Source of the DNA: Phoronis australis
Taxonomy: Eukaryota; Animalia; Phoronida
Assembly (NCBI GenBank): GCA_002633005.1
Contig: NMRA01000150.1
Coordinates: 740,053-804,052, forward strand
Reading direction: 5' to 3'
Length of the DNA stretch: 64,000 bases
Notes under the pieces: generated by a model
What the model was told of the DNA's origin: nothing
Database searches by the model: none
Seen by the model: the letters and a program-made list of their open reading frames with translations, nothing else
Shown here: positions 39,104-52,250 of the stretch, in pieces
How the letters are laid out: each line of letters begins with the position of its first letter
Numbering within the stretch: the first letter of the stretch is position 1
Position numbers and translations under genes: made by a program

Positions 39104-39322
39104 CTACAACTCTGACTAACTTTGATATCCGTGTGTCCTCCAGTGATCAGTTGTCATCTAGCGCACCCTTGTGTCACCACTTTGTTGGTACTGTTGGTGC
39201 AGGTGTAACTCAACGGATCAACTGTGACAATGCTGTATATGGCAGATACCTGTTTATACAACAACGTGGAACAGAGCCTCTTGTTATGTGCGAGGTAGAA
39301 GTATATGGCACACTTGTCCCAA
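39104..39322 (+). CDS. Receptor exon: F-type lectin domain 3, C-half
   Basis: ctttcag acceptor; LTNFDIRVS..LCHHF..INCD..GRYLFIQ..LVMCEVEVYG; A|gtaagt donor. Confidence 0.9.
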
Positions 39323-40650
39323 GTAAGTAGCTGTTTCTCACAATTATACTACTGCTTTGTTTTGCTGGGATGTTGTTTGTATGGGTTTGTATATTGCATA
39401 CATTGATATAATAGCCACAGTTGTCTTCATGACATTCAGGTAACTTTTATATTCTGCCAAGGGTGAAGGGCAACTGTTGGTGTCTGTCCAAACATATAAT
39501 GTCCGTCAGCTTGTGGGTCTGTGTGCCGTTTGTGTATACGTGCAGAAAATTTTCTGTGTTAACCTCTACATTTTTCAAGGTACTTGAGCTAAACATTAAA
39601 ATTGTAACAAAACGCTGTACCGTATATTGTCGGCATTTTACAATTTTGACTTATTTTCTTGTTCTCGATTTTCACTCATACATGTAGGTAAATGGTTTTT
39701 CTGTACGCAACTGAAGCTTTGGCAGAAGATATTGCTGGCTGACTGCCTCGTCTTGTCTTTCTAATTATTGCTCTACAGAAGAGTGATTTCTGATACTTCT
39801 CAAGAAAAATTTTGATGCTGGCTTCAGTTGTAAACAATCTACATACAACTTGTTTTCTTAACTCAACTTCTAGTTCTGCTGTGCAAGTCATGCCGATTTG
39901 ATGAAACATAATTTCTTTAACTCGCGATATTTTGAAACTTTGTAGAATACTTTTTGCATGGTTGCAAAAAAGTCATAAAAATGCTAAAAAATACCAAACT
40001 CGTCCATTCATGAATCCACAATCATCTTTTCAGCCAGTACCATAAACCCTTTGCAAAGCTGTGTTTAGTTACACAATACCACTGGGACAGCTGTGTTGCT
40101 ACTAGTGGTAATTTTGATTATTTTTTACTCTGATTTTGTTGTCTGTTTCTGTATCTGCCAAACCATACAGAAGATCATTATTAAAATTGGTAAATATGCT
40201 CCTAGTTACTTTTGAAATGTTTGACTTTTGAAATTGAATTCCCAGTAAGATGTTGTTATAATCATTTCTGCTTGAAGAAATATGATAAAAATTAGCCAAA
40301 ATAGATATGATAGTTTTCGGTTCTCTGGTATCCATTGATGAATGGTTTTAGCAACTATTTGAACCATGGTAGATAAATTGGCCTATGAGTACTGATGAGC
40401 AAAACAGTGAGATTGATATCTAGATTGAGCCTCGATTTAGAAACCGCTATCTCCTGACATTGAAAACTAACAAGAGCGAGTTTTTGTGATGCGCTTGACT
40501 TATAAAATATCTATGAATGAAATGTTCATGATAACAACGATGACGATGGCAGCAAGGAGCAACAAGAACTGCTACAATCATTATTATTGCCTGGATTATT
40601 GTTTTGTTATCATTAGTTTTATTGTTATTATTATCCTCTCTACGTTTCAG

Positions 40651-40869
40651 ACTATTTTGGGGGTCCAACTAATGTCAATGAGATGAAAACTCCAGGTGCC
40701 TGTCTGTCAATATTCACCGACCTCCGTGTTGACTCAGATGGATTCCTGATTGGTTGGAAGTTTAATGCTGCGCAGCCTGGCACTGTGTGGGCTGACATCT
40801 GGCGGCAGAAAGAAAACTCAGACGAGTTTACCTTGGTTCATAAAGCTCAAATAATCGTGACATATTCAG
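40651..40869 (+). CDS. Receptor exon: uncharacterised extracellular domain, first half
   Basis: gtttcag acceptor, phase 1-1; GFLIGWKFNAAQPGTVWADIWRQ..FTLVHK; G|gtattt donor. Confidence 0.8.
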
Positions 40870-40872
40870 GTA

Positions 40873-41820
40873 TTTTTATGCACCCATGTATTTATATGTG
40901 GACGCATTATACCCTCATCCCTGTCTGTCCGTCCTGAGCCGTCTTGTGTCCAGCGTCTGCTGCTCTATCTCCAAAACTTTTAAACGTGCATTCATGAAAT
41001 TTTGCACACTCGTTTCTTTTATGAATGGGATGTTATGAGCGAACTTTCGGATGGATGCGACTACCGGTGTGCCCCCTAGTGGCAATTTTGATTTTTTACG
41101 TTTATCTCTGTATCTCTAAAGGTCCTCAACGGATTTTCATTAAATTTGGTGTATGGGCATCTATTAGTGAGAAGACGCTATCGTCTCGATTTTGGATGGA
41201 TTCGATGTAGTCTGTGCTACCTAGTGGCCATTTTTAATGTTTTGAGTCTGTTTTTGGTGTCCACTCCTCCATCAACCAAACCGCTCTAAGGATGATTGTG
41301 AAAATTGACATATATGTTTTTACTATGAAGTGGACGGCTGACAATGATTTTCTGATGACTTTGACTACTGTGGCGCCTCCTAGTAGCAGTTTTTTTGCAC
41401 TCATGGCTGTATGTCCTAAACCGTTTACAGGATCTTTACTTAATTTAGCAAGTGTAATTATATGATGTTGACAACGGACGGCGATGACTTTAAAACGGAT
41501 CTGACTACTGGTGTGCCCCTTAGTGGCAATTTTAGTTTTTTACGTTGAGTCTGTATCTTCGAAGGTCCTCTACTGATTTTCATAAAATTTTAAATATAGG
41601 CATCTATTGGTGAGATAATGCTATCTTCCTGTTTTTGGATGGAATCGAGGTATTTCGCGCCACCTAGTGGCGTTTTTTTTGCTATTTTCAACTCTTGTTT
41701 TTGGGGTCAACCCCCCTTATCAACCAAATCATTCTAGGGATGGTTTTGAATATTGGCGTATATGTTCTAAGTGTGAAGAGGACATTCGATGGCGGTGACT
41801 GACTACTTTGGTGCCTCTTG
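40873..41820 (+). mobile_element. Helentron/DINE-1-like non-autonomous element (3' truncated)
   Basis: TTTTTATGCACCCA..GTGGACGCAT head, (CTGT/CCGT)n microsatellite, internal ~445-bp repeats; homologous to 43455-45160. Confidence 0.7.
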
Positions 41821-42214
41821 AAAATAAGTTTGGGATCTCATCATCCTGTCTAACTTTGGTTCTTACCTGTATTCCAGGTCACAACATGTTCTAGTCGATG
41901 ACTCACTTTCACATGTCAAACAATTAATGTCATGAGTGCCTCAATGTTTTTGTGTTGGTCTGGTGCTTTTCACAGGAAGTGCAATTGGGATATTTATTTC
42001 CTTGTTTGTATTTAGACTTATAGTTGACACAAAGCAAGATGACTGGGTGCAATTAACCCTACCTCAGATAAGAAAGACAAAAGTGATTACCACATTGTCA
42101 ATTTCTTCCTTGTCAGTTCTGTTTACACACATACTTGCACGTTTTCCCGTTCAGTGATTTTACCAGATGTAGGGGGTTCTGAGCCTGTGATAACTTCTAC
42201 CTTCTTTGTTAACT

Positions 42215-42660
42215 ACCAAGCACACTCCTTTGTCTGGTATGACAACAGGCAGGCCAATTATCTACTAGGCTTACTATAGACCAGGTGTGAACACAGTCAA
42301 ACTCCAGTGAATTCGTGTATTCGGAAAGAATAGATTGTCGTAACTTCGGTTGCAGTTGAGCGAGTTTGGCGATTGAAAAACTAAAAATGATCACCATTTT
42401 ACGAAGATTTCAGAAATGCTATTGGTTTACGTTCAAGTGTGTTATAACTTAACTTTTATTTTTAACTACACAGCCCAGTCAGGGTAGATATGATCTTATT
42501 GGAGATTGTAGCAATTATCGAACAAAAGAGAGCTGGCCCTCCAACCATGAATGCCAGAATGGAGTTAATCAGTCGTGTAAGATATTGGCGACGGGTAAAT
42601 TTCCCAACTTGTTGTTGGGCTATAGAATCGAACAAGTTGGGAGCAACGGGAAAACGCCGT
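42215..42660 (+). repeat. Interspersed repeat family, also at ~9550-9769, 18800-19260, 27090-27510 and 52350-52790
   Basis: Shared blocks GCAGGCCAATTATCT, ACACAGTCAAAC, GAATAGATTGTC, TTCAGAAATGCTA, GCAATTATCGAACAAAAGAG, AATGCCAGAATG. Confidence 0.8.
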
Positions 42661-43007
42661 AATGTGGAGATCATTTCATGTCATGTATAAATGCAACATT
42701 TGACATAAATAGGTATCATCAGGGATCACAGACATGACCTGACAGTGCATGTGGAACTCTGAATTCTAAGGGCTGTTGTGTTTGCACAAGGCATCTTGTT
42801 CCTTCATTCCCATTCAAAACAGTGAATTTCCTGCCATTATGATTTGGCTAAACGTCCATGTAATTAAGCCTAATAATTATGTATCTGTACTCAAATGTAT
42901 GTAAAGAGCGTGCCATATTGATATGTTGTGACTCTTCTAGAAAGATTTTATTCTTTCATTAGTACTGGTTAATATATGGTATGTGTCTTTTTGTTGTGTA
43001 TTTTCAG

Positions 43008-43265
43008 GTGAACAAGAGATGCGTCTGACTAATGCTGTTCAAGTAAAGCAAGGTGATGTCATGGGGTATCACTACGCCAGTAATACAGGATCCATTGTGA
43101 TCCGTGTCAAAGATGGCGGTGACAGTTGCTGTAGTCATGTGACCCCCGGCACCATGTATGACAAGGAATTGTTTGATGGATCGCTCACAAACGGCCAGAC
43201 TTACACTGTGCCTATCAATTCAACATCACGCGTGCCTGCCATGCAGGCTTTAGTTGATTCAAAAA
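43008..43265 (+). CDS. Receptor exon: uncharacterised extracellular domain, second half
   Basis: ttttcag acceptor; GEQEMRLTNAVQVKQGDVMGYHY..SRVPAMQALV; A|gtaggt donor, phase 1-1. Confidence 0.8.
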
Positions 43266-43454
43266 GTAGGTTATTTTGTAAAGTGCCATTCAAACTGCAT
43301 GTCATTTCAGATATATCGTTTCCGCGGCCTTCATTATTCAAAATTTCCATTAGAGCCTCCAGCTGAAACTGTGCCTGTTTTCAGTCGAAAGAACACCTAT
43401 CAAACAAAATTTTGAACATTTAATTGAAGCATTTTTTTTATTGATTGAAGTCCG

Positions 43455-45160
43455 TTTTTATGCACCCACATATTTATATGTGGATGCATCATGCCGTCAT
43501 CTCCGTCCGTCCGGGCGGCGTCCATCCGGGCGGCGTCCGCTGCTCTATCTTGAAAACCCTTTTACATGCGTTCATGAAATTTGGCATATATGTTCCATCT
43601 ATGAATGGAACGGCATGAGCGAACTTTCGGACAGATCCGATAACCGGTATGCCACCTAGTGGCAATTTTAGTTTTTTACGCTTACCTTTGTATCTTCAAA
43701 AGTCCGGAACGGATTTTCATGAAATTTGGTATGTAGGCAGCTATTAGTGAGATGAGGCTGTCCTCTCGTTTTTGGATGGATTCGACGTAGTTTGCGCCAC
43801 CTAGTGGCCATTTTTACTGTTTTCAAGTCTGTTTTTTTGCGTCCACCCCTCTATCAACCAAACCGCTCAAAGGATGATTGTGAAAATTGGCATGTATGTG
43901 CTTACTATGAAGAGGACATTTGTCGATGATTTTCCGACGATTTCGACTACTGTGGCACCTCCTAGTGGAAGTTTTGTTTTGGTTTGCGCCCATGGCTGTA
44001 TCTCCTAAACTGTTTGCAGGATCTGTACAAAATTTAGTAAGTATATTTATATGATGTTAACAACGGACGATGACGACTTGGACAGATCTGACTACCGGTG
44101 TGTCCCCTAGTGGCAATTTTATTTTTTTTGCATTTACCTTTGTATCTTCAAAGGTCCTGAACAGATTTTCATGAAATTTAATATGTAGGCACCTATTAGT
44201 GAGATGACGCTATCCGCTTGTTTTCGGATGGATTCGACGTAGTTTGCGCCACCTAGTGGCCATTTTTACTGTTTTTGAGTCTGTTTTTTTTGCGTCCACC
44301 CCTCTATCAACCAAACCGCTCAAAGGGTGATTGTGAAAATTGGCATGTATGTTCTTACTATAAAGAGGACGGTTGACGATGATTTTCCGATGATTTTGAC
44401 TACTCTGGCGCCTCCTAGTGGCAGTTTTGTTTTTGTTGCGCTCAAATATATGCATCTATTGGTGTGATGATGCTATCTGCCTGTTTTTGGATGGAATCGA
44501 GGTATTTTGCACCACCTAGTGGCCACTTTTGCTGTTTTCAAATCTTGTTTTTGGTGTCCATCCCTGTATCAACCAAATCATTTGAAAATTGGCATATATG
44601 CTCTCAGTGTGAAGACGACCTTTGATGATGGTGACTGACTACTGTGGTGCCTCCTAGTGGTAGTTTTGTTTTGTGCCCGTAGTTGTATCTCTTAAACTCA
44701 CTGCAGGATCTTTACTAAAGTTAGTAAGTGTATTTATATGAAGATAACAATAGACGACGACAACTTTCATTTTATTCTGTTTTCCTTTGTTTCTCTGAAG
44801 TTCCTTGACAGATTTTTATGAAATGTGGCATGTTCCTGTTATTGGATGGATTGTATGTTTTTGCACCATCTAGTGGCCATTTTTATGATACAAATAAATA
44901 ACCCTAAAAGCACACCATTTGCGATGCATTCGTGGACGCATTTCAATGCTCCGCGTTGCTCTTGTTCTGTTTTCCTTCAATTGTTTCTTTGAAGTTCCTT
45001 GACAGATTTTTATGAAATATGGCATGTTCTTGTTTTTGGATGGATTGTATGTTTTTGCGCCATCTAGTGGCCATTTTTATGATACAAATAAATAACCCTA
45101 AAAGCACACCGTTTTCAATGCATTCGTGGGCGCATTTCAACATTTTACGTTGCTCTTATT
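43455..45160 (+). mobile_element. Helentron/DINE-1-like non-autonomous element with internal tandem repeats and a duplicated 3' end
   Basis: TTTTTATGCACCCAC..GTGGATGCAT hairpin head, (CCGT)n, ~450-bp internal repeats, 3' GTGGGCGCAT plus CAAC..GTTG stem-loop (present twice). Confidence 0.75.
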
Positions 45161-45948
45161 AAATATTCATATTTGCATTGTTTATGATTAGGCAAACATG
45201 GCTGCCACATATCTTACAGGTCATAGTCATGTTTTAATGCTGAAACATTTCAGAAGAAAATTTGCATTTAATCAAACAGCCTCTTTCCATTCACCAACAA
45301 TTTTGTTCTTCAAATTGTGTCCATTACCTTGAATTTATGTTTAACCCGTGCCTTCCATTAACAAACTCATGAGCTTCTGAAGGTTCAGGTCATGCCCTGT
45401 TCGAAATCAAAACTTGTTTTTGACAGAAAGTTCACGTTTAATTTTTCTTCAAGTAATTAAGGGTATTTGCATTTCAAAATTAATTGTTGTTAACATCTTC
45501 CTGGCTACGAGTCGGTGGATTAAACATTTCCAAACTGTGTTCTGTGTCTCCATTGAATTCATTTACAGTTCAAAACTGATTGCAAACTATAAAGAACTTG
45601 GGTACAATGAATAGATTTGCCACCATTTTGAACTACTTTAAACATTTCCCCCTCAAGTGGTCGCCACGCATGGCATGCGTCTTGTCTGAAAAGTTTTTAT
45701 AGGAAAAAATCTGAAAACAAGGGTTCTTATTGTTGCTTTGAGTAATGAATGTTTTGGATTAATTTTCCCAGTTTTTTTATGCAAAGTATTGTTTGAACAT
45801 GATTTCTAACTAGATATTGTTGTTAATTGTTTGTGTAATTGAGATCTTCTGTTTACGAACAAGGTTATTGTTCATGATACCACTGTGAGCCGAGCTTATG
45901 TGATAAAACATGATTTGAAATCTGTCATTTGAGGAATGTATTTTTCAG

Positions 45949-46254
45949 ATCACTGGTGGCATTCTTCAACATTGGCTCAGTCTGACAGCAATGTGACCTT
46001 GACCTTCCAGGCTTGGCCCTCGGTTAACAAACATTTACCCATCGCCTCAAAGTTTGTTGTACTGTATAAACTGAATACATCAACATCATGGAGTCAAGTA
46101 GTAGGGGACATAACTCCTAGCTTATTGTCCAATGGTGTTGTGCAACGTGAAGTAGAACTAACAACTGCAGGGTTATACAAGTTCAAAGGTCAAGTAGTTT
46201 ATGCAGATGGGATTATTGAGTGGACTTCAGCTAAAAGTATAATGTTTTGTACAA
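45949..46254 (+). CDS. Receptor exon: divergent FN3-like domain
   Basis: tttttcag acceptor; NVTLTFQAW..FVVLYK..W..LTTAGLYKFKGQV; A|gtaagt donor, phase 1-1. Confidence 0.8.
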
Positions 46255-47356
46255 GTAAGTTGTCTTCTACAGAACTTACCTTTACTCTCTCTGTCTTGCT
46301 TGTTTTGTGCTCTAGTTACTCCACATATTTTTGCGACAGTGAGTGCCACTGGGAAATTAGAATGCACGCGCTTTCAGAGAGTAAGCATAATTAAAGGGCA
46401 CCCATTTGTTTGGAGACACGACTCTTACCTAGTTCTTCTTTTCATAATCCTTTTGTATGGATTAAAATCCTATAAAATGATCATTTATTTATAATTGAAG
46501 TAATAACATTTATATTTGTTTCGTTTCAACACATCAAGTCACAATAAAACTGTAACTTTTTCAATACAGATCTGTTGGAAATGTGGACCTTTTTAGAGTT
46601 CAAACCCAGAACCTAAGATTTTTAGGGAATTCTATCAGAAATGGTGTTCTTTTGGGGGCGAAACTGGTTGTATGTGAGCAAAATGTCCCGTATATGCCCC
46701 CCCCCCTCGCCGAGGCTTTTCTTTTGCTTTCTTGAAAGTTTGTATACAGCCAGGCCTGGCCAGATGTTTCTGTGTAATTATGAATTTGAACAAAGCTCAT
46801 TAATAAAATGCTCTGTTTTATAACAACTGAATATTAAACTCTTGAACAATAGAATTGCTGTTACCATTGTGTATTCTGTCAGTTCAATGCCTGTGTTCAT
46901 AAGGCAGGTTTTTTGATTTAGGAATTAAAATACGTAAAAGGTCAGGATTTTGAGTTGGTGGGGCAGGGCACAGGAATGACCAGCTTAAAGTGTAGGAATG
47001 CCGGGATCTCGAATTTTTGGGTTTGCGGACCTTTTGACAAAAAAAAACGGTAAACGGAGTTCGTTCAGGGCCTATGCATTGTTTATTCACCCCCCCCCCC
47101 CCGAACCCCCTGGTTGCACGCATGTGCTAGTCAGCAATTGGCACCCAAACTGCCAAATGGTATCTGGTAGAATTTTAGGAGGGCCATGGCCCCCTTTGCC
47201 CCTCACCCCCTAAATCTGCCACTGAAGGTTACCTTGATCGGCTTTAAGTTCATCACTGAGTGATAAGATTGTACTTTGTTTTGTAGAATGATTGCAAAAA
47301 CTTAGTTCATTTGGAAAGTTAACCACTGCTTAATTTGTTCACTTGTTTTTCCTTAG

Positions 47357-47439
47357 CACCCTCTCCTGTACAAAACTTGACTGGTACATCAGCACGACAA
47401 GGTAGTTCTACAAAAGCCACTCTAACACTTACTTGGGAT
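47357..47439 (+). CDS. Receptor exon: FN3, first half
   Basis: ttccttag acceptor; PSPVQNLTG..TLTLTWD; gtaagt donor, phase 1-0. Confidence 0.85.
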
Positions 47440-47627
47440 GTAAGTATTACTTTGGTGAAACTTTACTTTACAAAACATCTGTGTTACTTCAAGAGTCACT
47501 GATAGCTCACTAAACTCATACATATATACAGCATGCATTATTGTTGACTTAAACAAAAAGCATTCAACTAATTACAGTAATTATGTCCATTTTTCGTTTT
47601 CCAAATACTTCAGTTTTTCCATTTCAG

Positions 47628-47847
47628 GATCCAACTTCAGTAAACTGTAACTCAATTCTGGAGTATCGCATTGTATTTAAAAAGAACTCTGACACTTCAT
47701 GGGGTCAAGCACAGACAACTCAGTCCAGATCTCACACACTGCAAGACCTTGATGCTTACATCAGATATGATGTTGCTGTCACAGCAGTTAATGATATGTC
47801 CTTGCAATCGGCAGCAGAGGGCATGAACATAAGAACCGCTGAAACAG
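47628..47847 (+). CDS. Receptor exon: FN3, second half
   Basis: atttcag acceptor; DP..NCNSILEYRIVFK..TLQDLDAYIRYDVAVTAVN..IRTAE; G|gtaaag donor, phase 0-1. Confidence 0.9.
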
Positions 47848-49039
47848 GTAAAGTAAAAGTCATTAACAATCCATGTTGGAATGGACATAAGATTCTGAAA
47901 TCACATCTCCATGATGTGTGTGTTTTGGCGTTTGTGTAACTGTGTGTGTGTGTGTGTTCAAGCAAAGGTATTGTAATAAAGGCATTACAAGGATGTATGA
48001 ATCTGGTGACATTTCTTTTCTCCCATGAATTTCTTAATTTTTATGAAAATGTACATAGTTTTCAATTTGTTCTTATTTCACTTCAAGTTTGTGCTCAAAA
48101 GGCTCTTGTTTCACACTGTGACTGGTCGTTGTGCCCGTATAAGATAAAGGATGTGCGCTAGTGGTATGTGCTTCCTAAGTGGGTCAAATTCCAGGGAGCA
48201 TTAAGTTACATGTGACCGGAATTTGGTTCATTAGGGACAGGTCTAAAACGATTACTAGTTCATCCATCGATACAAATATGTCGGGTTGATCCATTTTCTT
48301 GACTTGGGAGTGGTTAAAGCATTTCTTAAAAATATGGTGGCTTGCTGAGAGGAAAATTTTTTCACTGATTGCGTAATTATGCTTTGTTGATTGGATTAAT
48401 ATTGAATTTGTAATCTACAGTTCACTCTAGGTGAAGTACATGGTCTCCGTGGAGCGCACTGAATATCAATTCAAGCAATTTCGCTGACACAACTGTTTCA
48501 TAACTGTTCAAACCCAGTCACTTTCCTTCAACCAAAATGTGGAGGAGTTTCAGTTTGAATATATAACAGTCTGCTTGGAACTCAATTTCATTCTCGTTGT
48601 GGATGTACAAGTCATCTAATCGAGCTTGTTTATTACAAAGTTCATCCATTTCCATGTGATAATGTCCTATACTAACAGCTTGAGCAATGAATTTCATGGG
48701 CAAGCCATATTTTGGAATATAATGAAATAGTCAGGCCATCCCATTACTTTTGGAGTCTGTTTGATTGGTCGCTTACACCTTGGCAATCGTCTCCATCGCA
48801 TTGCTTGTTCATTTAAGTCCGTATTCGTCTCAAATAGTCGAGTTTGCACACTTTGAACTAAGAACTCGTTGAGTGGCAAAATTTCTTAGTTGTGCTAGAA
48901 CTGAAATAGCATTTTATTTCAAGATCAGGTCATTTTGCGTCCACGCTACTTTGACTTGATGTCCTCCAGTTGATACTAGATGGATCTCTCACACTCTCAG
49001 GTGTAACTTCCTCCTGCAGAATCCACACTCCTGGCTGAC

Positions 49040-51271
49040 TGTTAACTAATTGTGTAAAGAGACACCGATCATTTGCTAACTAGCTTAATTATGAACACAA
49101 AGCTAAACACTAACGTCGACACTGAGCATACAGAGAACTGAAGTGCAAGGACACCTGGCAGTGTATATGTAAACTATACTAGCTATAAACATTTCCTTTT
49201 CTAAAAAGAAGAAAAATCATGTTATGTCAGTTTTCATACAGTCCATGAAATGAGAAAATCTTACAACAAATTAAAGTAAACATCTAACATAATCCTTGAA
49301 ACGAACTGGTTCATGTTGTCCAGAGTGTCGAGTACTGGTATCATCTGTGGTAGTCGAATTTTCACACCCATCGGTTTCCGGGATACCTAGAGCGATCGGT
49401 TCCTCAAAATGCTCTTTAGGGGCTTGCTCAATGTCCAATTGGATATGATGATGGTTTCGGACATAATCGGCTCGGAGGTGGCTACGAATACGGTACGAGC
49501 GATCCTTTAGTTGTTTGGCGACTACTCTGCTGTCCCAATATTTACTGTTGGTATGCTGAAAACGCACTGATTGACCTTCATCAAGAACAGTTGAATCCTT
49601 AGCGTGCCTATCATATTGTGAACACTTAATACGGTCGTGGTATTTTCATTGCTTTCCCACATTAACATTGGGTTTGCCATCACCATGCATAACTGCCAAT
49701 GATGGAATATGCGACATGGTTTGTCAACCGAAATCATTTCTGCCTGACTTTGATTGGTTTCTTGCCACGTTGTATTACGCAGTTCTAATAATGTAAGGTA
49801 TTGGTCGGAACCATCTTGGACACATTTGTTATGAGTCTTAATGATTTTAACTCTAGATTCCGCCTTCCCGTTAGCTTGTTGGTGTCCATGGTGCATTCCC
49901 CTGGTCGTAGCAAATTGACGAAATTCATCACCCGTGAACTGTGTACTGCGGTCGGACACAATGTGTGTTGGTACACCGTATCGTGCTAAATGTTTCTTCA
50001 GACAGTTTATGACAAACTTAGAAGTCAAGTACTATGCAGATTGACTTCAATGAAGTTGGATGCATAGTCGACAAGAACAAGATAGTGTCGACCGGAGATC
50101 TCGAAAAAGTCTATAGCAATGGTTTTGCAAGTGTCCATGAGCTGTTTGATCTCACGGGGCATACCAAGCCAGAAAATAGTGTTCCGCACCGTAATCTTAG
50201 CATGCTGTTGTAGCTTAAGTGTGCAGCATGTACACGCTCCTTCATTTGTTGACGCAAAGCCTTCGGTATAAAAATGCATTCTCCTTTGAGGATAATGCCT
50301 TTCTCATGACTTAGCGTGTTCCGTTTGCTGAAGTACTTTTTTAATGCTTCCGAAAGACTTGGTTTTGGGCCATCCTTCGTGGATTACCTCAAGTAAATCC
50401 TTTGCCACAGAGTCAGTTTCCATTGCTGTCTGTATTTCCTCCAAATGGGCATCAGGAATAATATGTAATGGATTTTCATAGTTTACGCTCATAACATTAA
50501 GCTGTTCCTTGTTGGGAAACGCCCCGCTCAGGGTGTCTGCACTAACTAAAGTTTTACCCTGCTTATACTCAAATGTGAAGTCGTATCGGTACAGTCGTAA
50601 TATAAGAGCCTGCAAATGCTTGGGAGCTTGACTCAGTGGTTTGCGCAGAATATTTACGAGAGGTTTGAGATCATTGTGCACTGTAACCGGTCTACCGAAA
50701 GTATACTGATTGAATCGTTCCAGTCTGAACACCAACACTAGAGTTTCCTTTTCGTTTTGTGTCCACTTCCACTCTGAATGGGCGAGAGAGCAAGAAGCGA
50801 ACTCGAGTGGTTTACCATGTTGCATGATCACAGTGCCTAAACCATTCTGACTGCTGTCGACCTGTAATGCGAGTTCCACATTAGACTTATAGTATGCTAA
50901 CAGAGTAATTTCAGAGACTTTGTTTTTAACAGTTACAAAACGGCACGGAAGACTATTTTTGCTTTGAAATGATTCATTTCCTTACAGTTAGACCTAACTT
51001 TGCCCCTGACGCAGGACAAAATTTTTTCCAGGTTTGTGCTTTGTTCTGCAAAATTTACAGTCGGATCATTCAATCATTACTACTATTACTACCACTAGTT
51101 CAGCAGTACTTGTCTTTGATTGGCATTTCACTGAGTTCCCTGAGTCGATCCTACCGCTGTCAACATGTTAATGATTTCTGTAAAGAGACGCAAAGCTGCA
51201 CACTCTTACATGGAGACTGAGCATATAGAGAACTGAACTGCAAGGACACCTGGCAGTGTATATGTAAACTA
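49040..51271 (-). mobile_element. Internally deleted Gypsy LTR retrotransposon (antisense, intronic)
   Basis: 3' LTR 49040-49191 (TGTT..AACA on minus) after PPT AGAAAAGGAAA; partial 5' LTR 51166-51271; PBS TGTTGACAGCGGTAGGATC resembling tRNA-Leu; RNase H (LQVDSSQNGLG..EKETL) and integrase (IDFF..DYASNF..GVP..SD..QANGKAE) relics. Confidence 0.88.
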
Positions 51272-52026
51272 GATTGTTTGAAACCATGGTTCTTTTTCAG
51301 TTACTAATATGATGAAACCTTCTAGAATTTTCTCAAATGTTCTGTTTTAAGCAGTTACATAGAAAATGACTTCATTCCAAATCAAGTGCTAACTGCCTGT
51401 AAACAGGACAAATAAAACTTAACCATCTAAAACCATCGTCAGTTTGCTCTGAGCACATGCAAAGTGACCCGTAATTCTCTGTCATTATGGCTGAGCATAA
51501 GTTGAATTCCCCCATCAAAGTAGTGAGAGTGACTCATCTTGACAAGTTGTTATGTGTCATTTTCTGTTGTGTTAGGAAAATGGTCTTTGTCTGATAAATT
51601 TTATGCTGTAAAATGTTTATTGTCATCTCCACCACTCTGCGGACGTCCACTGTTTGGGTTGTGTCTGACTACAACCCTGAAGAACTCTTCCTTAATTTGA
51701 CTACTGTGTCCCCTGATGGCAGTGTTAGTTTTTGGTTACTTGGTTCTTGGTATTCCTCTTATCAGTCAAAAAAGTTGAACAAAAATTAAATTTAGCGATG
51801 TATGGTGCAGATCAATCTTCTTCCTTCACTGTGAAAAAGCATTCTCATTGACATATTTTTGTCGTTTTTACATTTTTTTCTTGCAAACTACAATAGTTAT
51901 ATCGTCCTGATTTCTTTTCCAATCAACATTCTTTTCTTTCAAACATAGTGGCAATTTTAGTTTTATTAGGAGACCTCAAAAGATTGGTCTAAGCACATTA
52001 ATCTGATTTTGTGACTAACTTTACAG

Positions 52027-52250
52027 TTCCATCAATGCCTGCTCATGTTGGCACTATCAGTATCAATGACACAAGTCTACTGGTCACATGGTCGCAACCT
52101 TTGAACCCTAATGGCATTATCACTGGCTATAGAGTAAACTTATGGACTGAAGGGCAACCATCAATAAACGTGACACAATCAGACCTGCCCAGCAAGTCGA
52201 ACAACACTGCATTCCATCACCTGGAACCTTTCACGGTACATTCAATACAG
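52027..52250 (+). CDS. Receptor exon: FN3
   Basis: tttacag acceptor; VPSMP..INDTSLLVTWSQPLNPNGIITGYRV..LEPFTVHSIQ; gtaaat donor, phase 1-0. Confidence 0.92.
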
